From an uncultured delta proteobacterium (GTDB lineage Bacteria > Myxococcota > Kuafuiibacteriia > Kuafuiibacteriales > Kuafuiibacteriaceae): a stretch of DNA of 64,000 bases. Shown piece after piece: positions 24,499 through 34,061 of the stretch. The stretch is from positions 1,632,001-1,696,000 of the forward strand of contig CAWDML010000009.1 of assembly GCA_963803435.1 (NCBI GenBank). The letters are read 5' to 3'. The position numbers and the translations under genes are program-made. A model generated the notes under the pieces. The model was not told where the DNA came from and searched no databases. It worked only from the letters and a program-made list of their open reading frames with translations. Each line of letters starts with the position of its first letter. Position 1 is the stretch's first letter.

Positions 24499-26640
24499 TG
24501 GATCCGATCGCGATCGAAGGGACGCTGGCCCGGATCCTCTACACGAACGCGGACACCGCCTGGAGCGTGGTGCGCCTGACCATCCCCGGCGAGGACGAGA
24601 TCACGGCCGTCGGGAACCTGCTCGGCGTGCGCGAAGGCGAGCAGCTGCGCCTGAGCGGCCGCTGGATCGACGATAAGAAGTATGGGCGCCAGTTCCAGGT
24701 GGAGGCGTACCTGACGGTGAAGCCGTCCACGCTCAAGGGCATCGAACGCTATCTCGGCTCGGGGATGGTCGAAGGGATCGGCCCCGCGATGGCCAAGCGG
24801 CTCGTCGACCACTTCGGCCGGGACACGCTCGACGTGATCGAGCAGCACCACCAGCGCCTCACCGAGGTCGAGGGCATCGGCCCCGTCCGCGCTAAGCGGA
24901 TCAAGGAGGCTTGGGCCGAGCAGGCCGAGGTGAAGGAGGTGATGATCTTCCTCCAGTCGCACGGCGTCTCGCCGGCGTACGCGGTGCGGATTCTGGCAGC
25001 GCTACGGCAAGCGCGCGCTGGGTCTGGTCCGCGAGAATCCGTACCGCCTGGCCCTCGAGGTCTTCGGCATCGGCTTCGCGAAGGCGGACCAGGTGGCCCG
25101 GAGCCTGGGCTTCGAGATGGCCTCGCCGGAGCGGGCCGAGGCGGGGACGCTGCACGTGCTCTTCGAGACTGCCGAGGAGGGACACTCGTACGTGCCCCGC
25201 AGCGAGCTGATTCCGCCGGGCCACCGAGATCCTGTCGATCGACCCGGTGCTGATCGAGTCGGCGATCGAGAAGCTGGCGGCCGCGCGCCGGATCCAGCTG
25301 GACGACGACGCCGTCTACCTGGTGGCGCTCTACGAGGCCGAGCGGGCCGCCGCCGAGCAGGTGAAGCGAATGCTGGAGACGCCCGCGCCGTCGATCGAGG
25401 GCCCGCTCGACCTCTCGGCGATCGAGCGCGAACAGCGGATCGAGCTAGCGCCCGAGCAGCGCGCCGCGGTGGAGGCGGCGATGACGAGGCGGCTCCTGGT
25501 GGTCACCGGCGGTCCGGGCACCGGCAAGACCACCATCGTCAAGGCGATCATCCGGCTCCAGAAGAGGTACCGCCGCAAAGTGCTGCTGGCGGCGCCCACC
25601 GGCAGGGCCGCCAAACGTCTGTCCGAGGCCACCGGCGAGGAGGCGAAGACCATCCACCGGCTCCTCGAGTTCGATCCCGAAGGCGCGCGCGTTCGCGAGG
25701 AGCGCCGACGATCCCCTCGAGGTCGACACGCTGATCGTCGATGAGGTCTCGATGGTCGACATCCTCCTCTTTTGCAACCTGGTCGCGGCGCTCCCGCCGA
25801 AGGCGTCGCTGGTGCTGGTCGGCGACGTCGATCAGCTGCCGTCGGTGGGCCCGGGCCGCGTCCTCGACGACGTGATCTCCTCAGGCCGTGCGGAGGTGAT
25901 CCGGCTGAAGCAGATCTTCCGCCAGGCGGAGCGGAGCCTCATCGTGGTGAACGCCCACCGAATCAACGAGGGGCAGATGCCGTCGTTCGAGGTGGATCGC
26001 GGAGAAGAAGCAGGACTTCTACATGATCGAGCGCGACGAACCGCCGCGCGTGCTCGAGACGATCGAGGAGGTGGTCAAGAACCGCATCCCCAGCAGCTTC
26101 GGCCTCGACCCGATCGACGACGTCCAGGTGCTCACGCCGATGCACAAGGGGCCACTCGGCGCGGTCAACCTGAACAACCGCCTCCAGGCGCTCCTCAATC
26201 CCCGCACCACGGACGACGTCCTCAAGCGCGGGCCCTACACGTTCAAGGCCGGCGACAAGATCATGCAGACCAAGAACGACTACACGCTGGGCGTGTTCAA
26301 CGGGGACCTGGGGCGGGTCGTCTCCATCGACCCGGAGGACAAGAAGCTGATCGCTCGCTTCGACGATCGAACCGTGACGTTCGCGGCGGGCGAGCTCGAG
26401 GCGCTCACGCTCGCGTACGCCTGCTCGATCCACAAGTCGCAGGGGAGCGAGTACCCGGCGGTCGTGATCCCGGTGAGCACGCAGCACTACGTGATGCTGC
26501 ACCGGAACCTCTTCTACACGGCGGTGACCCGGGGCCGGCGGCTGGTCGTCCTGGTCGGGAGCCGCCGCGCGCTCTCGCAGGCCGTCAAGAACGAGGAGCA
26601 GAACCGGCGCTACGCCAAGCTGGCGGATCGACTGCGATAG
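24498..26640 (+). CDS. recD2: ATP-dependent RecD-like DNA helicase RecD2 (4 apparent frameshifts)
   Basis: TGATG coupling to lhr; YGRQF, YLGSG..GIGP, ENPYRL, TGGPGTGKTT, APTGRAAKRL, DEVSM, GDVDQLPSVG, FRQA, NGDLG, SIHKSQGSE, YTAVTRG. Confidence 0.9.
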
Positions 26641-26741
26641 CCCGGGGCCCGCTCGGGCGAAGCCCTCGCAGCCGACCCGCGCGGCGGGCCGACGTTTTTT
26701 TCCTTTCCCCTCGGGCGGGGCTGCCCGGTCCATGACGGAGG

Positions 26742-27350
26742 ATGACCTTGGCGGGCTACGTCGGCCTGCACCTCTCCCTGGTGCTCGAGACCGGTTCGGT
26801 GACAGGATTCACCCCGCATCCGACGCGCCGACGCATGGGCGACGCACCCTCATCCCGCCGGGCGCAAGTCGCCGACCTCTACCGACAGTACGGCCACCTG
26901 GTCCACACCCGCTGCGTCTTCCTGCTCCGGGACCACGAAGCCGCCCGCGACGCCACGCAGGAGGTGTTCGTCCGGGTGATGCGCGCGATCGACTCCTTCC
27001 GCGAGGACGCGTCCCCGTCCACCTGGATCCTCAAGATCGCCACCAACCACTGCCTCAACGTGATCGCGTCGGCGAAGGCGAAGTGGCGCGAGCGCTTCCA
27101 GCAGTACATGACCCACCTCGACGAGGGCGGCCTCCTCGGTGGGGTCGATCCGGACAAGGCGCACCTCGTCTCGCAGCTGCTGGCGAAGCTCGACCGCGAG
27201 ACGCAGCAGGTCGCCATCTTCTACTACGTCGACGAGATGACCCAGGAGGAGATCTCCACCGTCCTCGGTCGCTCGCTCCCGACGATTCGCAAGCGCCTCG
27301 CCAAGTTCAAGCGAGTCGCCCGCAAGGAGCTGGGCCATGACGTCCCCTGA
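26742..27350 (+). CDS. ECF RNA polymerase sigma factor
   Basis: ARDATQEVF, WILKIATNHCLN (sigma2); MTQEEISTVLGRSLPTIRKRL (sigma4). Start uncertain (26742, 26748 or 26835). Confidence 0.9.
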   Translation: MTLAGYVGLHLSLVLETGSVTGFTPHPTRRRMGDAPSSRRAQVADLYRQYGHLVHTRCVFLLRDHEAARDATQEVFVRVMRAIDSFREDASPSTWILKIATNHCLNVIASAKAKWRERFQQYMTHLDEGGLLGGVDPDKAHLVSQLLAKLDRETQQVAIFYYVDEMTQEEISTVLGRSLPTIRKRLAKFKRVARKELGHDVP

Positions 27351-28110
27351 CACCGTGTCGCTCCATCAGCTTCGTCGCTATCGCTTCGGCGAGCTCTCGG
27401 GAGAAGAGCGGGCCGCCGTGGAGGCGAGGCTCGCCGAGGATCCCGAGGTCCGCGCGCGGCTGGCCCGCATCGCGGCCGAGGAGAGCGCGTTCCTCGGCGG
27501 CGTCGATCTCGCCGTCGAGAGCGTCGCCATCCTCGAGAAGCTCGATCGCGCCCCCGCACCCGAGCCGGGGCGCCTCCGGCGGCTGCTCACCACCCGCGGC
27601 TTCCAGCTGGTCGCCGCCTTCGTCTTGCTGCTGGCGCTGATCCCGCTGGCGCGGCCCTTCGTTTCGCACGGGCACCACAACCGGACCAAGGGGAGCGTCC
27701 AGCTGGAGATGTTCATCAAGGACGAGGCGGGCGTCCGCAAGGGCGACGACGGCATGCGCCTCCGCGAGGGCGACCAGATCCAGTTCCGCTACCGCGCCGT
27801 GGGCCGGCGCTATCTCTTCGTGGTCTCCGTCGACAGCCGCGGCGCGATCTCGCCCCTGTATCCGGATGTCACGGGCAAGAGCATCGAGGTCCGCCCGGAC
27901 GGCCTCCACACCCTCGAGGGGAGCGTGATCCTCGACGACGCCGTTGGGCCGGAGCGGATCTTCGCGGTGTTCTCGGACGCTCCGGTGTCCTACCGGTCGA
28001 TCGAGCGCGCCCTCTCGGGCCGGAGTGAGGGCGATCTCAGGCGGTTGCAGCATCTGGACCTGGAGGGTGAGGATGTGGACCAGGCGACCATCCTGATCAT
28101 CAAGGAGTAG
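27337..28110 (+). CDS. Anti-sigma factor (ZAS-like N-terminus without Cys/His ligands, TM, DUF4384-like extracytoplasmic domain)
   Basis: LRRYRFGELSGEERAAVEARL; TM FQLVAAFVLLLALIPLA; RTKG; LREGDQIQFRY..YLFVVSVD..G.ISPLYP...LDDAVGPERIFAVFS. Confidence 0.75.
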   Translation: MTSPDTVSLHQLRRYRFGELSGEERAAVEARLAEDPEVRARLARIAAEESAFLGGVDLAVESVAILEKLDRAPAPEPGRLRRLLTTRGFQLVAAFVLLLALIPLARPFVSHGHHNRTKGSVQLEMFIKDEAGVRKGDDGMRLREGDQIQFRYRAVGRRYLFVVSVDSRGAISPLYPDVTGKSIEVRPDGLHTLEGSVILDDAVGPERIFAVFSDAPVSYRSIERALSGRSEGDLRRLQHLDLEGEDVDQATILIIKE

Positions 28111-28112
28111 GA

Positions 28113-29738
28113 TTGAGGGAGACGCTGGTCAGAGCGATTGCAACTTGTCTTGCGCTTTCGCCGGCGCTTCTCGCCACCCCTGCGCACGCCGCCGAGTCGC
28201 GTCGCTTCGCGCTCCTGATCGGGAACAACTCCGGAGGCCCCGAGACCGAACGCCTCCGCTACGCCGAGGACGACGTCGACAAGGTCCGCGTGGTGCTGAG
28301 CCAGCTCGGAGGGTTCCGAGACGGTGACCTGGTGGTGGCCCTGGGCGTTACCGCCCTCGATGCAGAGCAGAAGCTGGCCGCGTTGGAGGCGCGGGTGCGG
28401 GCCGCGGAGTCCGCGGCGGTGCAGACCACGCTGCTCGTGTATTACTCCGGCCACGCGAAGGCCGGCGATCTGTGGCTCGGCGACACCCGGCTGCCGATGG
28501 CCTCGCTCCGCCGGCGCCTCTCCGAGTCGGCGGCGGACGTGAAGATCGGGATCATCGACTCCTGCGAGTCCGGCGCCATCACTCGCGAGAAGGGCGGGCG
28601 CCGCGGGCCCTCGTTCCTCTTCGAGCTGGACGATTGCGAGGCCGCCCGCGGTCTGATCCTGATCAGCTCCAGCTCGGAGGACGAGTCGAGCCAGGAGAGC
28701 GACGAGCTCGGTGGCTCGTTCTTCACGCACTACCTGACGAGCGGTCTCCGCGGCGACGCCGACGAGTCGGGTGACTCGCGCGTGACGCTGGGCGAGGTCT
28801 ACAAGTACACCTACCACAAGACCGTCAGCGTCACGGCCAACACGCGCAGCGGCACGCAGCACCCGACCTATGCCTACGACCTCGAGGGCCAGGGCGACAT
28901 CATCCTCACCGATCTCTCGCGCGGCACCAGCGGCGTGCTCTTCCCCGATCAGGTCGGAGGCGACTTCATGGTCTTCGACATGGCGCGCGAGCAGGTGGCC
29001 GCCGAGATCAGCAAGAAGGCGGGCGCGGTCCGCCGCCTGGCGCTGCCGCCCGGCGACTACGTGGTGAAGAAGAGAATGAGCGACCACCTCCGGATGGCCC
29101 GGTTCGCGCTCGCCGCCGACCAGTACTACCAGGTGGACGAGGGCGCGATGGAGGACGTCGCCTTCGAGGACGACTACGCGAAGGGCCCCATCCTGCGGAC
29201 CGAGCTGGAGCGGACCCGCACGCGCGCCAACATCCGCACGATGGCCGCCTTCCAGAGCTTCTTCTCCGGGAGCGCGCGCCGCGATCTCTTCCCGCCTCTG
29301 TTCATGTTCGGGGCCGGCCTCGAGGTGGGCCCGTTCCTCGGCGCGCACCTCGGTCTCGAGCTCCTGCTGGGCGGCGACGGCGGGCGCACGCTCCGTCTCG
29401 GCGACCTCGCGGTCGGCTACCGGTTCTTCGAGACCGAGGTGGCGCTCTCGCTCCTGTGGCACCTGGATCTGGGTGCGTTCTCGCTCTACGCCGGGCCACG
29501 CGTCTCCGGGATCTACTTCCTGCGCAGCTTCCCCGACGATCCCGTGCTGCGCGATCACAGCCAGGACTTCTTCGGTATCTCGCCCGCCGTGTCCGCTGGC
29601 GCGCTGTGGTTTCCCTTCGCCGCCCGCGACTTCTCGCTGGAGCTGGTGGCGCGCGCCGCCTTCCTCTCGTACGGCGTCGACGACAACCGGGCCCTCTTCT
29701 TCAGCGAGGTGGGCCTGTCCCTGGGGTACCGGCTATGA
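28113..29738 (+). CDS. Exported caspase-family (peptidase C14) protease with C-terminal beta-barrel-like domain
   Basis: Signal peptide (..PAHA), RFALLIGNN, LRYAEDD, YYSGHA (His), IIDSCESG (Cys), GSFFTHYL, QHP; amphipathic beta-strands ending GLSLGYRL. Confidence 0.85.
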   Translation: MRETLVRAIATCLALSPALLATPAHAAESRRFALLIGNNSGGPETERLRYAEDDVDKVRVVLSQLGGFRDGDLVVALGVTALDAEQKLAALEARVRAAESAAVQTTLLVYYSGHAKAGDLWLGDTRLPMASLRRRLSESAADVKIGIIDSCESGAITREKGGRRGPSFLFELDDCEAARGLILISSSSEDESSQESDELGGSFFTHYLTSGLRGDADESGDSRVTLGEVYKYTYHKTVSVTANTRSGTQHPTYAYDLEGQGDIILTDLSRGTSGVLFPDQVGGDFMVFDMAREQVAAEISKKAGAVRRLALPPGDYVVKKRMSDHLRMARFALAADQYYQVDEGAMEDVAFEDDYAKGPILRTELERTRTRANIRTMAAFQSFFSGSARRDLFPPLFMFGAGLEVGPFLGAHLGLELLLGGDGGRTLRLGDLAVGYRFFETEVALSLLWHLDLGAFSLYAGPRVSGIYFLRSFPDDPVLRDHSQDFFGISPAVSAGALWFPFAARDFSLELVARAAFLSYGVDDNRALFFSEVGLSLGYRL

Positions 29739-30754
29739 GGCGGGTCGCCGGTGCAACCTGCCTTGCGCTCCTCACGGCGGCGACCGGCTGTCACGAGCCG
29801 TTCTCCAACGAGGACGTCCTCTTCTTGAAGTCGCTCCCCCGCGACGTCGGCTTCGACGTTCCGGGCGGCGACGGTCAGCGCGGGCGCGGCCTGACTCCCG
29901 CGCAGTCCGAGATGCAGGAGAACGTCGCCAAGTTCTATCGGGACATGGTCGCGACCTCGACCGCCACCAACGACCAGATCTTCCAGGTGCTGAGATACGT
30001 CGAGACCCTCACCTCGTCCGCGGCCACCGTACGCGAGGACGACCGCCGGGCGTGGGGACCGCTCCGTCCCAAGCCGGAGGATCCATTCGAGCTGCTCCTG
30101 GTGGTCGATCACGTCTTCACGGCGACGGTCGTGACGTACACCTCACAGAGCGAGCCGTTTCCGACCGACTCCGTCTTCCGCTTTGCGCTCAGCGGCCGGC
30201 CCGGCGAGAAGCGCGACTTCACGCAGTTCCTCTACGGCGAGTCCGTCGTGCTCTCCGCCGCCAGCGACGAGGCGTACGGCTACTTCTGCTTCGATCTCGA
30301 CGCCGTGCACGCCCTCGATCCGACCTCGCAGGGCAGCGGTACCTACTGCGCGAGCTACGACTTCCGCGGGACCCAGGAGACCGTCGAGCTGTCGGTGAAG
30401 ATCGCCGGCGATCTCTACGTGAACCCGGACGCCGCCTTCAGCCTGCACCGTGAGGCGAGCGGCGCCGGGCGCTTCTTCTTCTCGATGCGCGGCAACGTGT
30501 TCGGCGATCCCGAGGTCCCGGAGATCTCCAGCGTCACGGTGCGGTGGAACGAGACCCTGGCGGCCCGCGCCGACAGCTCCACGTGCGGCGGTGACGCCCC
30601 CTACCCCCTGTTCGCCGCCGAGTGCTGGGACGACGCCTTCCTCCGCACGTTCCTGCTCTCGAACATCCCCGGCTTTCCTGCGGTCGGCTCCCTGGAGCTC
30701 TGCCCGGGCGAGTTCCAGGAGCCCGACGCCCTCGCCCAGCCCTGCTCCGAGTGA
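29735..30754 (+). CDS. Lipoprotein of unknown function
   Basis: ATGA overlap with the caspase stop; lipobox LLTAATG-C; Cys-rich C-terminus. Confidence 0.75.
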   Translation: MRRVAGATCLALLTAATGCHEPFSNEDVLFLKSLPRDVGFDVPGGDGQRGRGLTPAQSEMQENVAKFYRDMVATSTATNDQIFQVLRYVETLTSSAATVREDDRRAWGPLRPKPEDPFELLLVVDHVFTATVVTYTSQSEPFPTDSVFRFALSGRPGEKRDFTQFLYGESVVLSAASDEAYGYFCFDLDAVHALDPTSQGSGTYCASYDFRGTQETVELSVKIAGDLYVNPDAAFSLHREASGAGRFFFSMRGNVFGDPEVPEISSVTVRWNETLAARADSSTCGGDAPYPLFAAECWDDAFLRTFLLSNIPGFPAVGSLELCPGEFQEPDALAQPCSE

Positions 30755-30841
30755 GCTGGCCGAGTGTTCAGCGTGGGCGATCCAGCCGCCGATTGCCGCC
30801 TCCAGCCCGCAGGTCCGCGCGGAATCGGACGCGCGTTCCGG

Positions 30842-30857
30842 TGGAACGGAGCCTGCA
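30842..30857 (+). promoter_or_regulatory. Putative sigma54 (-24/-12) promoter
   Basis: TGGAACGGAGCCTGCA has GG-N10-GC spacing, about 30 nt upstream of the AGGAGG-preceded ATG at 30886. Confidence 0.6.
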
Positions 30858-30885
30858 TTCGGAGCCCCCACCACCAGGAGGTGCC

Positions 30886-31299
30886 ATGGGAAGCCTAGGA
30901 ATTTCTTCGAACGGAACCCCGCAGCCCAAGAACTGGGGCAGCGAGAACGGGTTCGAACACCCCGATCCTCGCATCGACGACAACCTCACGATGGATGCGG
31001 CGAAGCGGCTGAACTATCTGCAGGATCCCGAGGGACAGCGATCCGCGCAGGACGTCGGAGCCATGGAGATCCAGTGGGATCGGGCCGTCAACCATCAGAA
31101 CGGGCTCAGCGACAAGGAGCTGGTCCCGAAGTGGGTGGCCGACCGGGGCGCGCAGAGCCCCGAGCACCAGCGAAACGTCGAGAACCTGATCCGGGGCGCG
31201 GTACGCGGGGGCGACGCCGGCGTTCAGAGCCTCGAGAACGACTTCATCGGCATCTATCGGAACGCCGTGCGGGCCGCGGCCGCGGGGGAGCGCTGGTGA
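30886..31299 (+). CDS. Hypothetical protein (137 aa)
   Basis: Strong AGGAGGT RBS; protein-like sequence MGSLGISSNG...AAAGERW. Confidence 0.7.
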   Translation: MGSLGISSNGTPQPKNWGSENGFEHPDPRIDDNLTMDAAKRLNYLQDPEGQRSAQDVGAMEIQWDRAVNHQNGLSDKELVPKWVADRGAQSPEHQRNVENLIRGAVRGGDAGVQSLENDFIGIYRNAVRAAAAGERW

Positions 31300-31724
31300 C
31301 CCCGGCGTACGATCACCCCGTCGTCATCGCGGCCCAGTCGATCCTGAAGGCGGCCGAAGACGGACAGCTCGTGCTCGACGCCCCGGGGGCCGCGCTCCTG
31401 ACCTTCGGCCTCAGAAAGCACGCCGCCGACCCGACGCTCCCGGCCGCGATCGTCGCGCTCTACGAGCTCGCAGGCGTGTTGATCGAGAAGAAGCGCTCGC
31501 CCGACGCGGGGCTGCGGCTCCTCGAGTGCATCCGCGCGGTCGCGCCCGAGCTCGCGTGCCTCAGCGTGGTCGACGAGGCGAAGACCTCGTCCGCGTTGGG
31601 CCACCCGATCGTGAAGGCCGCGCCGCCAATCGACGCCGAGAGCCCCGAGGGCAGCGTCCGCGTCGCGTCGATGGTCGATCCCGGGAACCAGGTGCCAGCC
31701 TCCCTCCGCCGCCGCGGGCGGTAG
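31296..31724 (+). CDS. Hypothetical helical protein (142 aa)
   Basis: GTGA overlap with the previous stop; TPAYDHPVVIAAQSIL...LRRRGR. Confidence 0.65.
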   Translation: MTPAYDHPVVIAAQSILKAAEDGQLVLDAPGAALLTFGLRKHAADPTLPAAIVALYELAGVLIEKKRSPDAGLRLLECIRAVAPELACLSVVDEAKTSSALGHPIVKAAPPIDAESPEGSVRVASMVDPGNQVPASLRRRGR

Positions 31725-31760
31725 GCGCAACTCGCACCCCACCGCCCACGATAAGGGAAC

Positions 31761-34034
31761 ATGACGTCGACCGGACGTACGTCTCGACGAGACGTCGCAG
31801 CTACGACCGAGCCTCAGCCGACGGTCACACGCACCATCGCCCCGACGGACGGTCATCCCGCTCGACCGGACACGGTGAGCGTGGGCGGCCCATCCGTGCA
31901 CCCCACCGTGCATACCTCGCGCCCGAACGCCGGCGCCCGTCGCTCCAGCGTGGTGTCGGCCCGAGCGACGCCCGCCGCGGATCCGGAGATCATCCATCAC
32001 GTCGACTCGCGGGCGGAGCTGGACGCACTGTTCTCCCGCGGGCCCAGCGTCACGGCAGGCGCGCCGACCGAGGCCAAGTTCCTGATCGATCGCGACGACG
32101 GCAGCATCTACTTCATCCCGCCGAAGTACAAATTCCACGTCGAGTTCTACCACGAGGTGCTCAATGGGCCGCTCGACGACGACGAGTTCGACCGGCACGC
32201 CTACAACCGGCCGGACCGCGACTTCATCCCCGGCACCGTGACGGCCTACGACAGCTACCTCGACCCGGTCACGAACAAGAAGGGCGCCATCTGCTACAGC
32301 TACTGGCCCACCGATCACTTCGACCCAAAGCTCCTGAAGGAGACGCACGAGGCCGTGCAGAAGGCGCTCGGCTTCCTCGGTCCGGACGAGAGGCTCTTCT
32401 TCCGTGCGGGCGGCCCGATCCAGGAGCGGATCCTCGAGCGAGACGCCGGGCCCATCGCCGCCGCCGGGATCGACGTGAAGACCAACCTCGAGATCTCGAA
32501 GGGCTTGAAGTACATGACCCTCAGCGAGGGCGAGGCGAAGGGCCGACTCCGGATGATCGAGAAGGGCGCGGCGATGCCGCGGCTCGATCGGTCGGACGTC
32601 GCGCTCTTCCTCGGCGACGTGCCGCCGACCGCGCCCCCGGTGGCCGCGATCTTCACGACCCAGGTGCAGACGTACAACTCGCATCTCGGCATCGTGTACC
32701 GCCAGGAAGACACGCCGTACTTCTACAAGTCATACACGGACCAGGAGCTCGAGGCTCTGCGTGCGCTCGACGGCCAGTTCGTCTCGGTGAAGACGACGGA
32801 GAAGGACAGCACGGTCGACCCCACGACCGAGGCGGAGGCCGAGAAGTATCTCGACGAGATCAAGCCGAAGGACGCGGTGAAGCTCAAGCCGAACCTCGAC
32901 GAGAACCGCGCGCGGCCGTACTCGGAGCTGGTGGCGATGTCGGTCGGTCCCGACGGCAAGTGGAACCAAGCGACGCTCGCGGCCTATGGGCGCAAGGTGA
33001 TGGGCGCAGTCCAGCTCGCACACCTCTACGAGACGGGCCAGCTCGCCGTCTCCGAACCGGAAGAGCCAGAGGTGGTGGCACCGGTCGAGCCGTTCGGAAT
33101 CCCCGCAAACTGGTACACGCGCTTCATGCGAACGGCCAGGGATGAGAACGGCCAGACCTTCTCGACCCGCATCGCGGAGCTGCGGACCGATCCTCGGTTC
33201 AGGGACAAGAACTTCAAGGACTGGAAAGCGGACGAGCTGGAGAAGCTTCGCGACGCCATCTCGAACGCGAAGATGCCGGACGAGCTGCTCAACGACATCC
33301 ACGACCAGGTGGCGGTGCCGTACCTCGAAACCCATCCCGACGCGGACAGCGTGCGGATCCGCTCCTCCGTCCCCGTGGTGGAGGACGGCAACGCGGGCGC
33401 GAAGCTCCCCAACATGGCGGGTGCCTTCGACTCGCACACGGCGGACTGGAACCTGCGCGGGAGCGCGACCGCGATCGCGAAGCGGGCTACGCGTGAGATC
33501 GCAGAGACGCTCCAGGAGGTCTACGCCTCGGTCTGGAACGATCGTGCGGTCAGCGAGCTCGAATGGCACAACGTCGAGCTGGTCGAGGATCAGCTGGCGA
33601 TGGCCGTCCTGGTGATGCCGAACGAGGAGAAGGAGAAGGCGAACGGTGTGCTCCGCGTGAACGAGGATCTCGCCGGTTTCTTCTCCATCACGGGGGAGAC
33701 CCAGTTCGGCGAGAACCTGGTCACGAACCCGGAGGGCGGCGCCTCCCCGGACACCTGGATCGACGGCAACTACGACATCCTGAACGGCGAGGTGCGGCAG
33801 GACATCGAATACGAGCGGCTCAGCAACCTCGTCCCGGACAATCCCGATCCCACGCGCGAGCACGCGCTCACCGACGCGGAGATCCACGCGGCCTACAAGG
33901 CGATGCAGGTGATCAACACGCACTTCGCCAAGCTCGAAGGCAAACCTGCGAAGACGTACCAGGACGAGTGCGAGATCAAGATTACCAGCGCGGCCAAGCT
34001 CCAGTTCAAGCAGGAGCGCGCCTGGGTCGAGTGA
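31761..34034 (+). CDS. PEP/pyruvate-binding (PPDK-type ATP-grasp) dikinase-like protein with upstream phospho-His swivel motif
   Basis: IFTTQVQTYNSHLGI, YGRK, PFGIP, VRIRSS..EDG..NMAGAFDS, VYASVWNDRA, MAVLV, ANGV, GENLVTNP, EIK..LQFKQER. Confidence 0.75.
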   Translation: MTSTGRTSRRDVAATTEPQPTVTRTIAPTDGHPARPDTVSVGGPSVHPTVHTSRPNAGARRSSVVSARATPAADPEIIHHVDSRAELDALFSRGPSVTAGAPTEAKFLIDRDDGSIYFIPPKYKFHVEFYHEVLNGPLDDDEFDRHAYNRPDRDFIPGTVTAYDSYLDPVTNKKGAICYSYWPTDHFDPKLLKETHEAVQKALGFLGPDERLFFRAGGPIQERILERDAGPIAAAGIDVKTNLEISKGLKYMTLSEGEAKGRLRMIEKGAAMPRLDRSDVALFLGDVPPTAPPVAAIFTTQVQTYNSHLGIVYRQEDTPYFYKSYTDQELEALRALDGQFVSVKTTEKDSTVDPTTEAEAEKYLDEIKPKDAVKLKPNLDENRARPYSELVAMSVGPDGKWNQATLAAYGRKVMGAVQLAHLYETGQLAVSEPEEPEVVAPVEPFGIPANWYTRFMRTARDENGQTFSTRIAELRTDPRFRDKNFKDWKADELEKLRDAISNAKMPDELLNDIHDQVAVPYLETHPDADSVRIRSSVPVVEDGNAGAKLPNMAGAFDSHTADWNLRGSATAIAKRATREIAETLQEVYASVWNDRAVSELEWHNVELVEDQLAMAVLVMPNEEKEKANGVLRVNEDLAGFFSITGETQFGENLVTNPEGGASPDTWIDGNYDILNGEVRQDIEYERLSNLVPDNPDPTREHALTDAEIHAAYKAMQVINTHFAKLEGKPAKTYQDECEIKITSAAKLQFKQERAWVE

Positions 34035-34061
34035 TCCGACAGCCGGCGGCGAGACCTCGCC

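Noticed and set aside
20233-26640. Programmed frameshifting or pseudogenisation of lhr and recD2
   Set aside because: No slippery heptamers seen; the same GATC-linked single-base insertion occurs in unrelated conserved genes.
26660-26731. Hairpin plus T7 after recD2 as a terminator, or TTTCCTTTCC as the ECF promoter
   Set aside because: The stem is short and separated from the T-run; I cannot distinguish the two readings from sequence alone.
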